Of a stretch of DNA of 64,000 bases, positions 10,117 to 21,318 are shown piece after piece. A program made the position numbers and the translations under genes. The DNA is taken from NCBI GenBank assembly GCA_041744215.1, contig JBGTLG010000041.1, forward strand, positions 177,126 to 241,125. Reading direction: 5' to 3'. Source of the stretch: Fimbriimonadales bacterium (lineage in GTDB: Bacteria; Armatimonadota; Fimbriimonadia; Fimbriimonadales; ATM1). Every line of letters starts with the position of its first letter. Position 1 is the stretch's first letter. The notes beneath the pieces are model-generated. The model saw nothing but the letters and a program-made list of their open reading frames with translations. It was not told the DNA's origin and searched no databases.

Positions 10117-11550
10117 ATGAAGCACCAAGAAGTCCCCCTTTCTGCGGAGGTCATCGCCCACAAGGACGAGGCTTGCCGCTTACTTATGATTCGCGTGTCT
10201 GCCGCAGAGATCGAGAGCGAGACACGCCCTCCCGCTCGTGTAGCTATCGTCCTTGACAGGAGCGGTTCTATGTCTGGTGGCCCGATAACGGTCGCTCGAT
10301 CAGCGGCAGCGCGTCTGATCAGGTCGCTGGACAAGCAAGATAGGGTCGCCGCGGTCGCTTTCGACCACATCGTGGAGCAGCTTGCCCCGATGGCTGCTCC
10401 GTCGGAGGGCCTGGCCAAGTTGGTCGAGCGTATCGAAGTGAGAGGAAGCACCAATCTCCACGGTGGTTGGCTTGCCGGCTCGAAGTCGGTCGGCCGTGGT
10501 GGGCGCGTGATTCTGCTTTCAGACGGACACGCGAACGCAGGCGCTCACGTTGACGCCGAGGCGCTCGCTCGCCAAGCTAGCCGCGCTTACTCAAAGTACA
10601 AGGTCACGACCACGACTATCGGAGTCGGAGTCAACTACGACGAGTCGCTGATGGCTGGCATGGCGAGGCAAGGAGGAGGCTCCCACTACTTCGCCACGGA
10701 TGTCGAGTCGATCATGGCTGCATTTTCTCAGGAGAGAATGAACATCGGCGAGATCGTCATCGAGCACGTCACGGCTACTGTCGCGGGTGAGGAACGTCCG
10801 CTGGGTCACTTTTGGTCTGGAGAAACGAAGACGATTGTAATCCCCGTTGAGACAGACGCTCCTGTGCCGATTCTCGTACGCTACACGCTCGCCGGGTCCG
10901 ATGAAGAATTGCTGCTTCTCCCGGCGTTCCCGACCGAGTTCGGCAAGAACGACGAGGTTACGCTTGAGTACTCTTTCTCGATCGCGGCGGAGATCGAAGA
11001 TGAAGTGGCGGGAGTTCACAGTTCTGAACACGCTGGCGCAGTTCGCCAGCGCGCTCGCGACTTGCAGCTATCGCTCCTCAACCATCCTCTTTCGGAAACC
11101 ACGCCAGCCCAGGCGGTCATCGAAAGGATGGATCAGCTGATCGTCGCAATGGAACAACTCGAACGCGAGTACGACGAAGGCTTCGCTGTGTATCAGCGCA
11201 AGCGGGGCGCGCAATACGCTCACAATTTCCTCGAGTCGACGAGGGCGTTCGGACTCGTTCGTGAGGACGCCGAGATACTGGCGGGCCTTCGCGCGCGCAG
11301 CGTGACGGAGGCTCGTTCGATCGAACCAGATCCTTCCGCGCTTCAGCTCGCGTCGCTGGAGCAGTGGGAGAAGTGGAGCGCACTGCCGATCGATTGCTCG
11401 AGGTCGGTTACAGTCGCGCTCGAGAACCCTCAAGACGGGTTCCTACTCGATGAGATATCGAAAGCGATTGGCAAGCGCGTTCGCGCGTATCGAACAGCCG
11501 TGCCGGTGGCGACTATCCAAGCGGGCTTGCTCAAGTTAGGGCATGCGTGA
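10117..11550 (+). CDS. vWA (YfbK/CLCA-like) protein with C-terminal T2SSE_N-like domain
   Basis: MIDAS DRSGSM, GSTNL, LLSDGHAN, TIGVG; C-terminal ALPI..VTVALENPQD...DEISKAIGKRV; GGAGG RBS. Confidence 0.85.
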   Translation: MKHQEVPLSAEVIAHKDEACRLLMIRVSAAEIESETRPPARVAIVLDRSGSMSGGPITVARSAAARLIRSLDKQDRVAAVAFDHIVEQLAPMAAPSEGLAKLVERIEVRGSTNLHGGWLAGSKSVGRGGRVILLSDGHANAGAHVDAEALARQASRAYSKYKVTTTTIGVGVNYDESLMAGMARQGGGSHYFATDVESIMAAFSQERMNIGEIVIEHVTATVAGEERPLGHFWSGETKTIVIPVETDAPVPILVRYTLAGSDEELLLLPAFPTEFGKNDEVTLEYSFSIAAEIEDEVAGVHSSEHAGAVRQRARDLQLSLLNHPLSETTPAQAVIERMDQLIVAMEQLEREYDEGFAVYQRKRGAQYAHNFLESTRAFGLVREDAEILAGLRARSVTEARSIEPDPSALQLASLEQWEKWSALPIDCSRSVTVALENPQDGFLLDEISKAIGKRVRAYRTAVPVATIQAGLLKLGHA

Positions 11551-11599
11551 GGCAATTCCGGGCGGAGGCGCGTCCTCCGCCCGGGTAAAACCCTGGTCT

Positions 11600-12661
11600 A
11601 TGAACGCGAAGCTGCTGCAAAAGCTAACTGAAGCCCACGGCGTGCCCGGACAAGAAGATGCTATTCGCGAGATAGTCCGCGAAGAGCTTGATAAGATCTG
11701 CGAAATCTCCATTGACACGATGGGCAACATGGTTTGCGTCAAGTCTGCCACAGAGAAGCCAAAGAAGGGCGACCCCAAGAAGCTCATGCTCGCCGCGCAT
11801 ATGGATGAGATCGGATTCATGGTCAAGTTCATCGACGACAAAGGTTTTCTGAGGCTCCAGCCGCTGGGAGGTTGGGACCCAAGACAGATGGCATCACAGC
11901 GCGTAATTGTCCATACCAAGAAAGGCGCGATTAACGGCTTATTGGGGCTCCAAACGAAGCCAAAGCACATGCTTACGCCTGAAGAGGCAAACAAGCCGGT
12001 AACAACGGACAGCTACTTCGTAGATATCGGCATGGATGGCGGTGCAGCGAAGAAGAATGTCCGACTCGGCGATATGGTGACGATGAATCGGAAATTTCAA
12101 CAGATGGGCAAGCTTTGCACTTGCAAGTCCATGGACGATCGCGCTGCGGTCTACACGATGATCGAAGCAGTCAAATCTGTAAAGAAGCATTCAGTCGATG
12201 TCTATGCGGTGGCGACCGTTCAGGAAGAGATCGGACTCAGAGGCGCCACAGCGTCGGGCTGGGCGATTAAGCCTGACATCGCCGTCGCGATTGACATAAC
12301 ACTTGCAAACGACATTCCCGGCATACCTGAAACCGATCACGTCACAAAACTGGGTGAAGGCACCGCGATAAAGATCATGGATTCCTCGCTCATCTGTCAC
12401 CCGCGCATGGTGGACCACTTCCGAGAGCTTGCGGAGAAACACAAGATCAAACATCAGATGGAGGTTCTCCCGTTTGGAGGAACGGACGCTGGTGGGGTAC
12501 AGCGATTGCACGGCGGCATTCCCTCATTCACACTTTCAATCCCGACACGCTACGTTCACACGGTCAATGAAACCGTCCATTCGGACGACGTAGACGCCAG
12601 CGTAAAAATTCTTTCTGCGTACATCGAGGATGCACACAATGGAGACTACTCGTATCGCTAA
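11600..12661 (+). CDS. M42 family aminopeptidase
   Basis: AAHMDEIG, DDR, QEEIGLRGA, GGTDAG, RYVH. Confidence 0.93.
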   Translation: MNAKLLQKLTEAHGVPGQEDAIREIVREELDKICEISIDTMGNMVCVKSATEKPKKGDPKKLMLAAHMDEIGFMVKFIDDKGFLRLQPLGGWDPRQMASQRVIVHTKKGAINGLLGLQTKPKHMLTPEEANKPVTTDSYFVDIGMDGGAAKKNVRLGDMVTMNRKFQQMGKLCTCKSMDDRAAVYTMIEAVKSVKKHSVDVYAVATVQEEIGLRGATASGWAIKPDIAVAIDITLANDIPGIPETDHVTKLGEGTAIKIMDSSLICHPRMVDHFRELAEKHKIKHQMEVLPFGGTDAGGVQRLHGGIPSFTLSIPTRYVHTVNETVHSDDVDASVKILSAYIEDAHNGDYSYR

Positions 12662-13373
12662 TCGGCTGACAGAATCGGAACGAAAGTTCGCCGACGCCAA
12701 CGGATACTTCGTACGCCGAAAAGTCTTTGCTGCGCAAGAAGTCGCAGACATGATCGAACATTACATGGCGATCAATGCTGCCGGATCGCATCCTGGCGAT
12801 TTTGCCGGAGTTCCGCGCAAATCGAAGTCTGACGAACCCGATCCGCTCGAGCAGTATCCGCGACTGATCCAGATGCACCACTACGACAAGAAAACAGAAG
12901 AATGGATGAACGACCCCAGGCTTACCTCGCCCGTTGGCGAGTTAATGGGGCAAAGAGCGGTGCTGATTCAAACGATGCTGTACTTCAAACCGCCCGGCGC
13001 AAGGGGACAGTCATTTCACCAGGACAACCTGTACCTGCGAACGACTCCGATTGCCGCCGCTTGGGTGGCGCTCGACCGCGCAGACGAGGAGAATGGGTCG
13101 ATGCTTATGGCGGATGGAAGCCACAAGCTTGGCCTGCTCGAAAGGGAAGAGGCGGATACTGATTGGAGCTTCACCAGCGATGCGACAAAAATGCCGGTCG
13201 GCGCAAATCTGACGCCGACCGTGCTTGACCCAGGTGATGTTATGTTTTTCGGCGGACTCGTCATTCACGGAAGCTATCCGAATCGTACAAAGGATCGCTT
13301 TCGCAGATCCTTCATCTGCCACTATGAAGGCGAGAACGCTACGAAACTTTCAGGCGAATCGCAACTTCACTAA
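12639..13373 (+). CDS. Phytanoyl-CoA dioxygenase (PhyH) family Fe/2OG enzyme
   Basis: HQD motif, WVALD, GSH, HGS..N, RR. Confidence 0.9.
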   Translation: METTRIANRLTESERKFADANGYFVRRKVFAAQEVADMIEHYMAINAAGSHPGDFAGVPRKSKSDEPDPLEQYPRLIQMHHYDKKTEEWMNDPRLTSPVGELMGQRAVLIQTMLYFKPPGARGQSFHQDNLYLRTTPIAAAWVALDRADEENGSMLMADGSHKLGLLEREEADTDWSFTSDATKMPVGANLTPTVLDPGDVMFFGGLVIHGSYPNRTKDRFRRSFICHYEGENATKLSGESQLH

Positions 13374-15028
13374 TCGGGAACTCGCTCGCGCCAGCTGCGC
13401 CGCTTGAGCGACACTATCGACTCGTCTCCAGGCATCCCAGGAGGAAGGTTTTTCGCTAGTGAAGGCACTTGGTAGATGTTGGGAACGTTTGTTCCCATGT
13501 CGTAGTAGTTCGCGACAAATGTTCCCGCGATTTGGTTTTGCTTTCGACTCGTTACTGTCCCTTGGGCGTAGTAGGCTCCCATCATCGACAATTGTGCGTC
13601 GCCCGGACCAGTCGCCAAATTGATGTTTCGCAAGGCTATGAACCCGAGTGCAGTTTGCGTTGGGAACAGTTTGCCGTCTACGGGCAGAATGTTCGAATGA
13701 ACATCGATGCTTCCGGTCGCGTAGAGAGATCCTCGGCCGTCAAAACGGATGTCCATGTTCTTCTCGCCGAGATCTAGGTCGCCAGCGATCTTCACGATTC
13801 CATTTACGATTAGTTTACCCGGCTGACCATCGCCTGGAGGCGTCCAAGAAATGGAATTCCCGTCCAAATCAGAATAGCTGAAAGCGGCTGTTGTGCTCTT
13901 GATCGAACTGACCGCTACTGTCAACGAATTGGCCTCCAGGAACGCTTTGTGATTTGCATACAGGACGTTGTTGCCTGGGTATCGATACGGTTGTGAGCCT
14001 ATACCTTCGATCAGCGGGAACCTCACACGGTCTCCCAAGTCGTACTTGTCACCCGTTCCATTGTCCGATGTGACGCCGCCTGCTCCCGGGCTGCCTGTGT
14101 ATCCGTCGTTGACATAGGAACCCAGGATCGAGCCCTTATCTCCGGTCGCTGGGCTCGTTTGTCCTATAGTCGCTGCGCCTTGCAGACGGATCAGCCCGTG
14201 TTTCACTCGCACTTCGGTGCTGAGCGAGCGAAGACCGTTGTCCATCGGGATGGTCGGAATCCGATTTGTGAGCAAGCTCGGCATACCGTTGTAGTTGTTT
14301 CCGATATGCGCTGTGCCACTGAAAGCAGAGTTGAGTTCGGTGACCGTCAGCGGTGGATCGTACATTCCGTTGCCATTGCTGTCGTTGTACGGTTCTTCTT
14401 GAGTGTAGACACCATCGCCGTTTACGTCGACGAAGGGTTCGCCCGGATCCCAACGGCCATTCCCATTTAGGTCTGTGAACGGCTCTGCAGCGTCGCGGAC
14501 ACCGTTCCCATTCAAGTCCTCGAAAGCTTCGCCATCTCCAAGCAGGTGCACTGAGCCACGAATATCTACGTTGCCGTTTATCGCCTGTCCAGACGCACCA
14601 GTGCCAGCGAAGATCGCGTTGTTCCAGATGCCTACATCTCTAGCGTTCACGAGAACACGGACACTTCGACCGACTCTGCCTTTGCTGGCATCTGCCGTGA
14701 TCCACGCCGCGGTTCCGCCGTCGACCGGTTGAATATGGACCGTGCCTTCAACTCCCTCAGGGAGTTCCATTGGCATATCTGCCACATCGATATACTTTTC
14801 GTAGATCGTGCCGCGGTTTTTTTCAGCGTCCTCGATGACAAGTTGATAAGCGAAGTCCGCTCCTGCTTGCGCTATCTGAAACGATTGCGCTGCATCGGCT
14901 TCGCTCTTGCTGCGCAAGATGCTACCTCCAGCAAGCTGGCTGACAGCCAACATCGAGAGCAGCACGAGCATCATGACAAAAAGCAAGAGTGTGGATGCCG
15001 CCCCTCGGGTTTGGTGATGTTTTCTCAT
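13370..15028 (-). CDS. PilX-like minor pilin / tip protein with calcium-binding repeats
   Basis: RG|A prepilin-like N-terminus without E5; AQAGAD; four EPFxDxNG(N/D)G repeats. Confidence 0.75.
   Translation of the reverse strand: MRKHHQTRGAASTLLLFVMMLVLLSMLAVSQLAGGSILRSKSEADAAQSFQIAQAGADFAYQLVIEDAEKNRGTIYEKYIDVADMPMELPEGVEGTVHIQPVDGGTAAWITADASKGRVGRSVRVLVNARDVGIWNNAIFAGTGASGQAINGNVDIRGSVHLLGDGEAFEDLNGNGVRDAAEPFTDLNGNGRWDPGEPFVDVNGDGVYTQEEPYNDSNGNGMYDPPLTVTELNSAFSGTAHIGNNYNGMPSLLTNRIPTIPMDNGLRSLSTEVRVKHGLIRLQGAATIGQTSPATGDKGSILGSYVNDGYTGSPGAGGVTSDNGTGDKYDLGDRVRFPLIEGIGSQPYRYPGNNVLYANHKAFLEANSLTVAVSSIKSTTAAFSYSDLDGNSISWTPPGDGQPGKLIVNGIVKIAGDLDLGEKNMDIRFDGRGSLYATGSIDVHSNILPVDGKLFPTQTALGFIALRNINLATGPGDAQLSMMGAYYAQGTVTSRKQNQIAGTFVANYYDMGTNVPNIYQVPSLAKNLPPGMPGDESIVSLKRRSWRERVPD
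14357..14536 (-). repeat. Four 15-aa EPFxDxNG(N/D)G coding repeats
   Basis: FEDLNGNGVRD / FTDLNGNGRWD / FVDVNGDGVYT / YNDSNGNGMYD; boundaries approximate. Confidence 0.85.
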
Positions 15029-15600
15029 TGCACATTCCTTAGCAGGGCCTCTGTGGACATGCGGTTTCTCTGAGTGCCACTAACGGTTTCCCGCTCGGCG
15101 ATGACAGTGATCCGCAACGATTGCCGATTTGAAAGCTTTTCCAAGCTGAAGACTGGATACGGCTGATTGTAGTGGGCCGACTCGGGATCAGGATCGAGAT
15201 CCATAACGCCAGCCATGATTCTCCGCGGAGCGGAGGTACCGACTTTGTACATTAGGTCTCCGTCACTCGACACGTAGTAGCGTCTGTCGATCCCATCGGT
15301 AACGACAGGTGTCGCATATTCGTATTCCCCTGTTACTGGGTCAACGTGGGTATTGCGAAGTGGCAATTCAAAGGCGACTTCGCGTCCGGAGGAGAGGATA
15401 TCCACGACGACTGCGGAACGGAGTTCCTCGGAGATCTTTCGGAGGGCGATGGCGCCTTCGTCACTCATCTCGATTCGCTTATCCGTCTTGTTGAATGAGC
15501 GTAGCGAAGTCGATAGCAGCGCGAGTGCGGAGATGATCAGCATTGAAACAAGCACCGTTGCCGTCATCACTTCAACGAGAGTCGATCCACGGCGCTTCAT
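15025..15600 (-). CDS. PilW-like prepilin
   Basis: MKRRG|STLVEV type IV signal; LRKISEELRSA. Confidence 0.8.
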   Translation of the reverse strand: MKRRGSTLVEVMTATVLVSMLIISALALLSTSLRSFNKTDKRIEMSDEGAIALRKISEELRSAVVVDILSSGREVAFELPLRNTHVDPVTGEYEYATPVVTDGIDRRYYVSSDGDLMYKVGTSAPRRIMAGVMDLDPDPESAHYNQPYPVFSLEKLSNRQSLRITVIAERETVSGTQRNRMSTEALLRNVQ

Positions 15601-16049
15601 TAATCTCTCCCAACGAGAGTTGACAGCATCACTGACCGGTCATTGCCTGCGGGCGACTTCCACTTGACGGTCACGCGAACCTCGCGTATTGAGTCGCTTG
15701 CGTCTTCGATCACTAGTTCCCCAACGCCGTCTCTCAATTGTAGAGAAGGAGAGAATCGACCTGATTCAACATTGGGCGCGGTCGTGAAAGTCATCGGGCC
15801 GCTTCCGTTCCAGTCGTCGACGAGGCCCAAAGGGTAGAGCCTTTCGAATGACAAGTTGAGGAATCCTGCCTGGCGGACCTGCTCGACTTGCCACTGCGCG
15901 ATCTGTACCGCCTTAGACTGGTCGTCGGCCACCTTCTGCGATCTGCTTACGACGGGAAGGGCCGCTGTAAAGCTCAGTGCTCCCATGAGCAGCACCATCA
16001 CTCCGATCATAGAGTCGATTATCGTGAAGCCTCTGTTTTTGCGTTTCAT
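15600..16049 (-). CDS. PilV-like prepilin
   Basis: MKRKNRG|FTIID; AVQIAQWQVEQVR; C-terminal VRVTVKW. Confidence 0.8.
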   Translation of the reverse strand: MKRKNRGFTIIDSMIGVMVLLMGALSFTAALPVVSRSQKVADDQSKAVQIAQWQVEQVRQAGFLNLSFERLYPLGLVDDWNGSGPMTFTTAPNVESGRFSPSLQLRDGVGELVIEDASDSIREVRVTVKWKSPAGNDRSVMLSTLVGRD

Positions 16050-16202
16050 ACGGTACTCCACTTCGGTCAATGCCGCACCGCCGCCGCGCCTTCCCTGGCA
16101 AAGATGACCGAACGTTCGAAAACCTCGCATCCATCTCTAATCTTCGGTTTCGGGTGAGAGGATTTGAAGCACCGCTCCGCGAGAAGCTAAAATGGAGAGG
16201 TC

Positions 16203-16277
16203 GCCGGCGTAGCTCAGTGGTAGAGCGGCTGTTTTGTAAACAGCGGGTCGCGGGTTCAAATCCTGTCGCCGGCTCCA
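16203..16277 (+). tRNA. tRNA-Thr(TGT)
   Basis: Cloverleaf with GCTGT-TTTGTAA-ACAGC anticodon arm, GTTCAAA T-loop and encoded CCA. Confidence 0.97.
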
Positions 16278-16348
16278 GGTATTTGGGGGTAAACTCCGCC
16301 CATGGAGCAGGGGTAGACCCCGCTCCTAATTTTTCGCCCGGAGAGTAG

Positions 16349-17791
<1,443 letters not shown>

Positions 17792-17794
17792 CGA

Positions 17795-18196
17795 ATGGCA
17801 TCCACGTTCCAGCTATCAGTCGTTTCGCCAGACAAGACCGTCGTCGATGAGTTTACAGACACGGTCGTCGCACCCGGCGTGACCGGATACCTCGGCGTGC
17901 AGGCGAACCACGAGCCGCTGATCACACAGCTGAGCGTCGGGGTTTTGGAGTTTAGAGACGCAGGCGGCACGATGCAAAAAGTTGCGATCGCTGGCGGGTT
18001 CCTTGAGACCGATGGCGAGCACGTGATCGTGCTTGCCGATGCAGCCGAGCGCAGCGGAGAGATCGACCGTGCTCGTGCGCTTCAAGCAGCTGAACGCGCC
18101 AAACAAAGGCTGCTGGAGAAGTCGAGCGATTTGAACTTGGACCGAGCGACTGCCGCGCTCGAAAGAGCGACCAACCGATTACGGCTGGTTGGTTGA
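17795..18196 (+). CDS. atpC: F0F1 ATP synthase epsilon subunit
   Basis: VVSPD, GVQANHEPL, GGF, C-terminal helices; follows atpD. Confidence 0.95.
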   Translation: MASTFQLSVVSPDKTVVDEFTDTVVAPGVTGYLGVQANHEPLITQLSVGVLEFRDAGGTMQKVAIAGGFLETDGEHVIVLADAAERSGEIDRARALQAAERAKQRLLEKSSDLNLDRATAALERATNRLRLVG

Positions 18197-18214
18197 CGTG
18201 CTGCTCAGAGCGCT

Positions 18215-18670
18215 CTAGTCAGGCAGCATCTGTGAGTGTGTGAACTTCCAACCTTGCGGCGTCCGCACAAGCGTCTCTGCAAACTTGCCGGTGAAAGACA
18301 CCGGAACCCATTTGTTGCCGTCCTTTACCTTGAAGTCCACGCGCATCGTAATCCAGGCGACGACTTCGGTTCCGTGATCGTGGATCACATTTACGACGCA
18401 CTTTGACTTCGCGTCCCTCGTGGACTCCAGTACCTGCTTGTGCTCGTTCTTCATTTGTTCCTTATTCATCGTTTTGCCTTCTGCGTCGACTTGGATGAAC
18501 GAGTCGTGAACCATTTCGAAGATGCTTTTGGTGTCGCCTTTTGCAACGAGCGCGTCAAACTTCTTGTAGACTGCCTCGATCTCTTTGCGCAACGCAGGGT
18601 CTTCGGCCTGGGTGAGGCAGACGGTAGGCAGCATCACGGCCAGTAGCGCTATCAACTTGGTAAAAGTCAT
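18215..18670 (-). CDS. Secreted NTF2-like (DUF4440) protein
   Basis: Signal peptide; helix then beta pattern ending in GWKF. Confidence 0.7.
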   Translation of the reverse strand: MTFTKLIALLAVMLPTVCLTQAEDPALRKEIEAVYKKFDALVAKGDTKSIFEMVHDSFIQVDAEGKTMNKEQMKNEHKQVLESTRDAKSKCVVNVIHDHGTEVVAWITMRVDFKVKDGNKWVPVSFTGKFAETLVRTPQGWKFTHSQMLPD

Positions 18671-18705
18671 CAGGAACCTCCTAATCGATCACCCAGCATA
18701 CCCGC

Positions 18706-19824
18706 CTATTCTTGCGGCACGATTCGCATGATTCGGTCGTCGTTTCCTGCGGGACGCCCACGCCCATCCCTGTTCGAAGTCGAGAAGTAGATCGCTCCAT
18801 CTGGCCCTTCAGCAACTTCACGGATTCTCCCGAGTTCCTTGAGGATCTTCTCCTGAGTGACCACGCGCCGCCCGTCGAGTTCGACACGGATGATGCCGGT
18901 GCCTACCAGACACCCGAAAAAGAAATTGTTTTTGAATTTTGGGAGGAGATCGCCTCGATAAAACGCTCCGCTCGCTGGCGCCTCGGCGGGCGAATACTCG
19001 AGCAAGGGCGCTTCCATTCCTTCACGCGTCATGCGGTGGTGAATGATCGGCCAACCGTAGTTCTTCCCTTTCTCAACGATGTTCACCTCGTCGCCTCCTC
19101 CTCCCTTTCCTTCGAATCCTGAGGGCCCATGTTCAGTCGAGAAGAGAAGATTCGTACCGGGTTGCCAGTCAATCCCCTGAGGGTTTCGGTGTCCATAAGA
19201 CCAAATCTCAGGGCGCGCGTTCGATTGATTGACGAACGGGTTGTCAGACGGCGGGGTTCCGTCGTCATTAAGCCGCAAGATCTTCCCGCCAAGCGAATCT
19301 AAACTCTGCGCGATGTTCATATCGAGCGCATCGCCGGTTGTAATGTAGAGCTTGTTGTCCGGTCCGAATCTGATTCGACATCCCGCGTGGTTTTGCGCCG
19401 CAGGAATGCGCGAGATGATCACTTCCGGATCGACGAGCAGAGTCCCGTTGTCGCGATAGCGAACGACGCGAACCGTTCCGTTTTCTCTCGCGGAGGTGTA
19501 CGCAAGATAAACAAGCTTGTTCGTCGCATAGTTTGGGTGCAAGCACATGCCCATAAGGCCCGCTTCACTTCGAGCGCGAACATCGTCCAGCACGATCATC
19601 GGCTCGCCCCTAAGTCGCCCATTCTCATAGAGCCGAACTCTTCCTGCGCGCTCAGTAAAGAGCATCCTGTCTTTCGAGGTGAACACGATCGACCACGGAA
19701 CTTCGACGTTTTCGACGACGGTTTCGACCTTGAAATCGGCAGTTGATTGCGGCTGTTCCGCTGCCGTGCTTCCGCATCCTACGGAGAGCAGAACCGAACA
19801 AATCGCAATGTAGGCCTTTAGCAT
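18706..19824 (-). CDS. PQQ-dependent glucose/sorbosone dehydrogenase lipoprotein
   Basis: SVGC lipobox; HAGCRIRFGPD, GKILR, YGHRNPQG, EHGP, DEVN, NYGWP. Confidence 0.93.
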   Translation of the reverse strand: MLKAYIAICSVLLSVGCGSTAAEQPQSTADFKVETVVENVEVPWSIVFTSKDRMLFTERAGRVRLYENGRLRGEPMIVLDDVRARSEAGLMGMCLHPNYATNKLVYLAYTSARENGTVRVVRYRDNGTLLVDPEVIISRIPAAQNHAGCRIRFGPDNKLYITTGDALDMNIAQSLDSLGGKILRLNDDGTPPSDNPFVNQSNARPEIWSYGHRNPQGIDWQPGTNLLFSTEHGPSGFEGKGGGGDEVNIVEKGKNYGWPIIHHRMTREGMEAPLLEYSPAEAPASGAFYRGDLLPKFKNNFFFGCLVGTGIIRVELDGRRVVTQEKILKELGRIREVAEGPDGAIYFSTSNRDGRGRPAGNDDRIMRIVPQE

Positions 19825-19932
19825 GATTACAAGTTGAAGACGCGGATTGGTATGTTCGAAGTTCCGCCTACTAACCCGGAAGAGGCTGATTCCGTAAAGA
19901 CTTACGACCTGTGCCAGACTAGTGAATTGAAG

Positions 19933-20802
19933 ATGGGTTGGTTCTACGAAGCGATAGAGTGGATCAATGAGCCGAGATTCAGGTTCGGAGACCTGGAGTT
20001 CTCAGTCGCTCGGATCCTAACGGTCATCCTTGCCATTCTTCTGACCTTCGTTGTTGCGAGAGTCGTTCGACGTTTGCTTCAAGCGAGACTGTTTAAAAAG
20101 TCGACGATAGACCAGGGTGTCCAGAATGCCGTGTCGACCCTAACCTACTACATCCTCATTGTTGTAGGGCTATCGGCGACCATTTCTTACATTGGCCTCG
20201 ACCTTACAAGTATCGCGCTGTTTTCGGGTGCGCTTGGACTGGGCATTGGTATTGGGCTGCAAGAAGTCGCAAAGAACTTTGTCAGCGGAATCGTGCTGTT
20301 GTTGGGTAGAACCGTTCGTCCGGGAGACCGGATCGAGGTTGGGGACTTAGAGGCTGACGTGAGCAAAATCGGTGGCCACTCTACTGTGCTGATAACAAGA
20401 GATCAGGCGGCAATTGTAGTTCCTAACTCGTGGCTGCTTTCGAGCAACCTTATCAACTGGTCGTTAACCGGAACCGTTCGCCGATTGCGTCTCAATATTG
20501 GAGTTAGTTACCAGAGCGATCCCGACCAGGTCATAAAAGCGCTCATTGCCGCTGCGCTCCGTGCGGAAGGCGTTCTTGAAGATCCGGAGCCTTATGTGCT
20601 GCTCATGGGTTTTAGGGACTCGAGCATAGAGTTTGGTTTGACGGTCTTCACAAGCTCACATTTGCGAAAACCGACAAGGCTCAAAAGCAATGTCTACTCG
20701 CAAGTCCTTAACGAATTTCGCGAACAAGGCATTGAAATTCCGTATCCGCAGCGCGATCTGCATATCCGAAGTTCAGAGGTTCCATTCAGGGATAGCGTTT
20801 AA
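19933..20802 (+). CDS. Small-conductance mechanosensitive channel (MscS family)
   Basis: GIGIGLQ..KNFVSG, VPNS, IEIPYPQRDLH. Confidence 0.92.
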   Translation: MGWFYEAIEWINEPRFRFGDLEFSVARILTVILAILLTFVVARVVRRLLQARLFKKSTIDQGVQNAVSTLTYYILIVVGLSATISYIGLDLTSIALFSGALGLGIGIGLQEVAKNFVSGIVLLLGRTVRPGDRIEVGDLEADVSKIGGHSTVLITRDQAAIVVPNSWLLSSNLINWSLTGTVRRLRLNIGVSYQSDPDQVIKALIAAALRAEGVLEDPEPYVLLMGFRDSSIEFGLTVFTSSHLRKPTRLKSNVYSQVLNEFREQGIEIPYPQRDLHIRSSEVPFRDSV

Positions 20803-20883
20803 GTGTACGTCGTGCCAAGATTTGGTCATTAACTTTGGGGCTCTGCAGCACCGAGATGCGGGTCTTGTGTCCCACCTGTCACC

Positions 20884-21318
20884 TCAATCGATGTCCAGCG
20901 ACTGAAACCGCTTCAATCGCGCATCTAACCTTGGAAGCAGCACTTCGTATGCCTCTTGTACCCGCAAGTGAACCGCGGCGGCCTTCCTCCGCTCCTCGCT
21001 GCCCGCCGGGAAGTTCGTCGGCAGACTCCGCTCGAACAGGCGGTTATATGCGGATTTGAGCTCGCTCAGCGTCGCGTCGGAAGATAGATCAAGCACCTCG
21101 TACGCCGTCGCAACCGTCATCGGCATCGTTGGATCATCGGCTTCCGCTGTGACCTTTGCATCGTCGGGTATCGGTGGCGGTTCACCCGGAAGCTGCGGCC
21201 CACGCAGGTAATCGGTCAGTTCCTTGCGTGCGTCTGCTTCAAAAATTGTTTCCAGCCGATCCCAGTGATGTCCGATGTAGGCGCGAAGCATATCGTAAGC
21301 GCGTCGTCCAGTACTCAA
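20884..21318 (-). CDS. J-like domain protein lacking HPD
   Basis: AYEVLDL..DATLSELKSAY...VQEAYEVL; the HPD position reads LPT. Confidence 0.75.
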   Translation of the reverse strand: MSTGRRAYDMLRAYIGHHWDRLETIFEADARKELTDYLRGPQLPGEPPPIPDDAKVTAEADDPTMPMTVATAYEVLDLSSDATLSELKSAYNRLFERSLPTNFPAGSEERRKAAAVHLRVQEAYEVLLPRLDARLKRFQSLDID

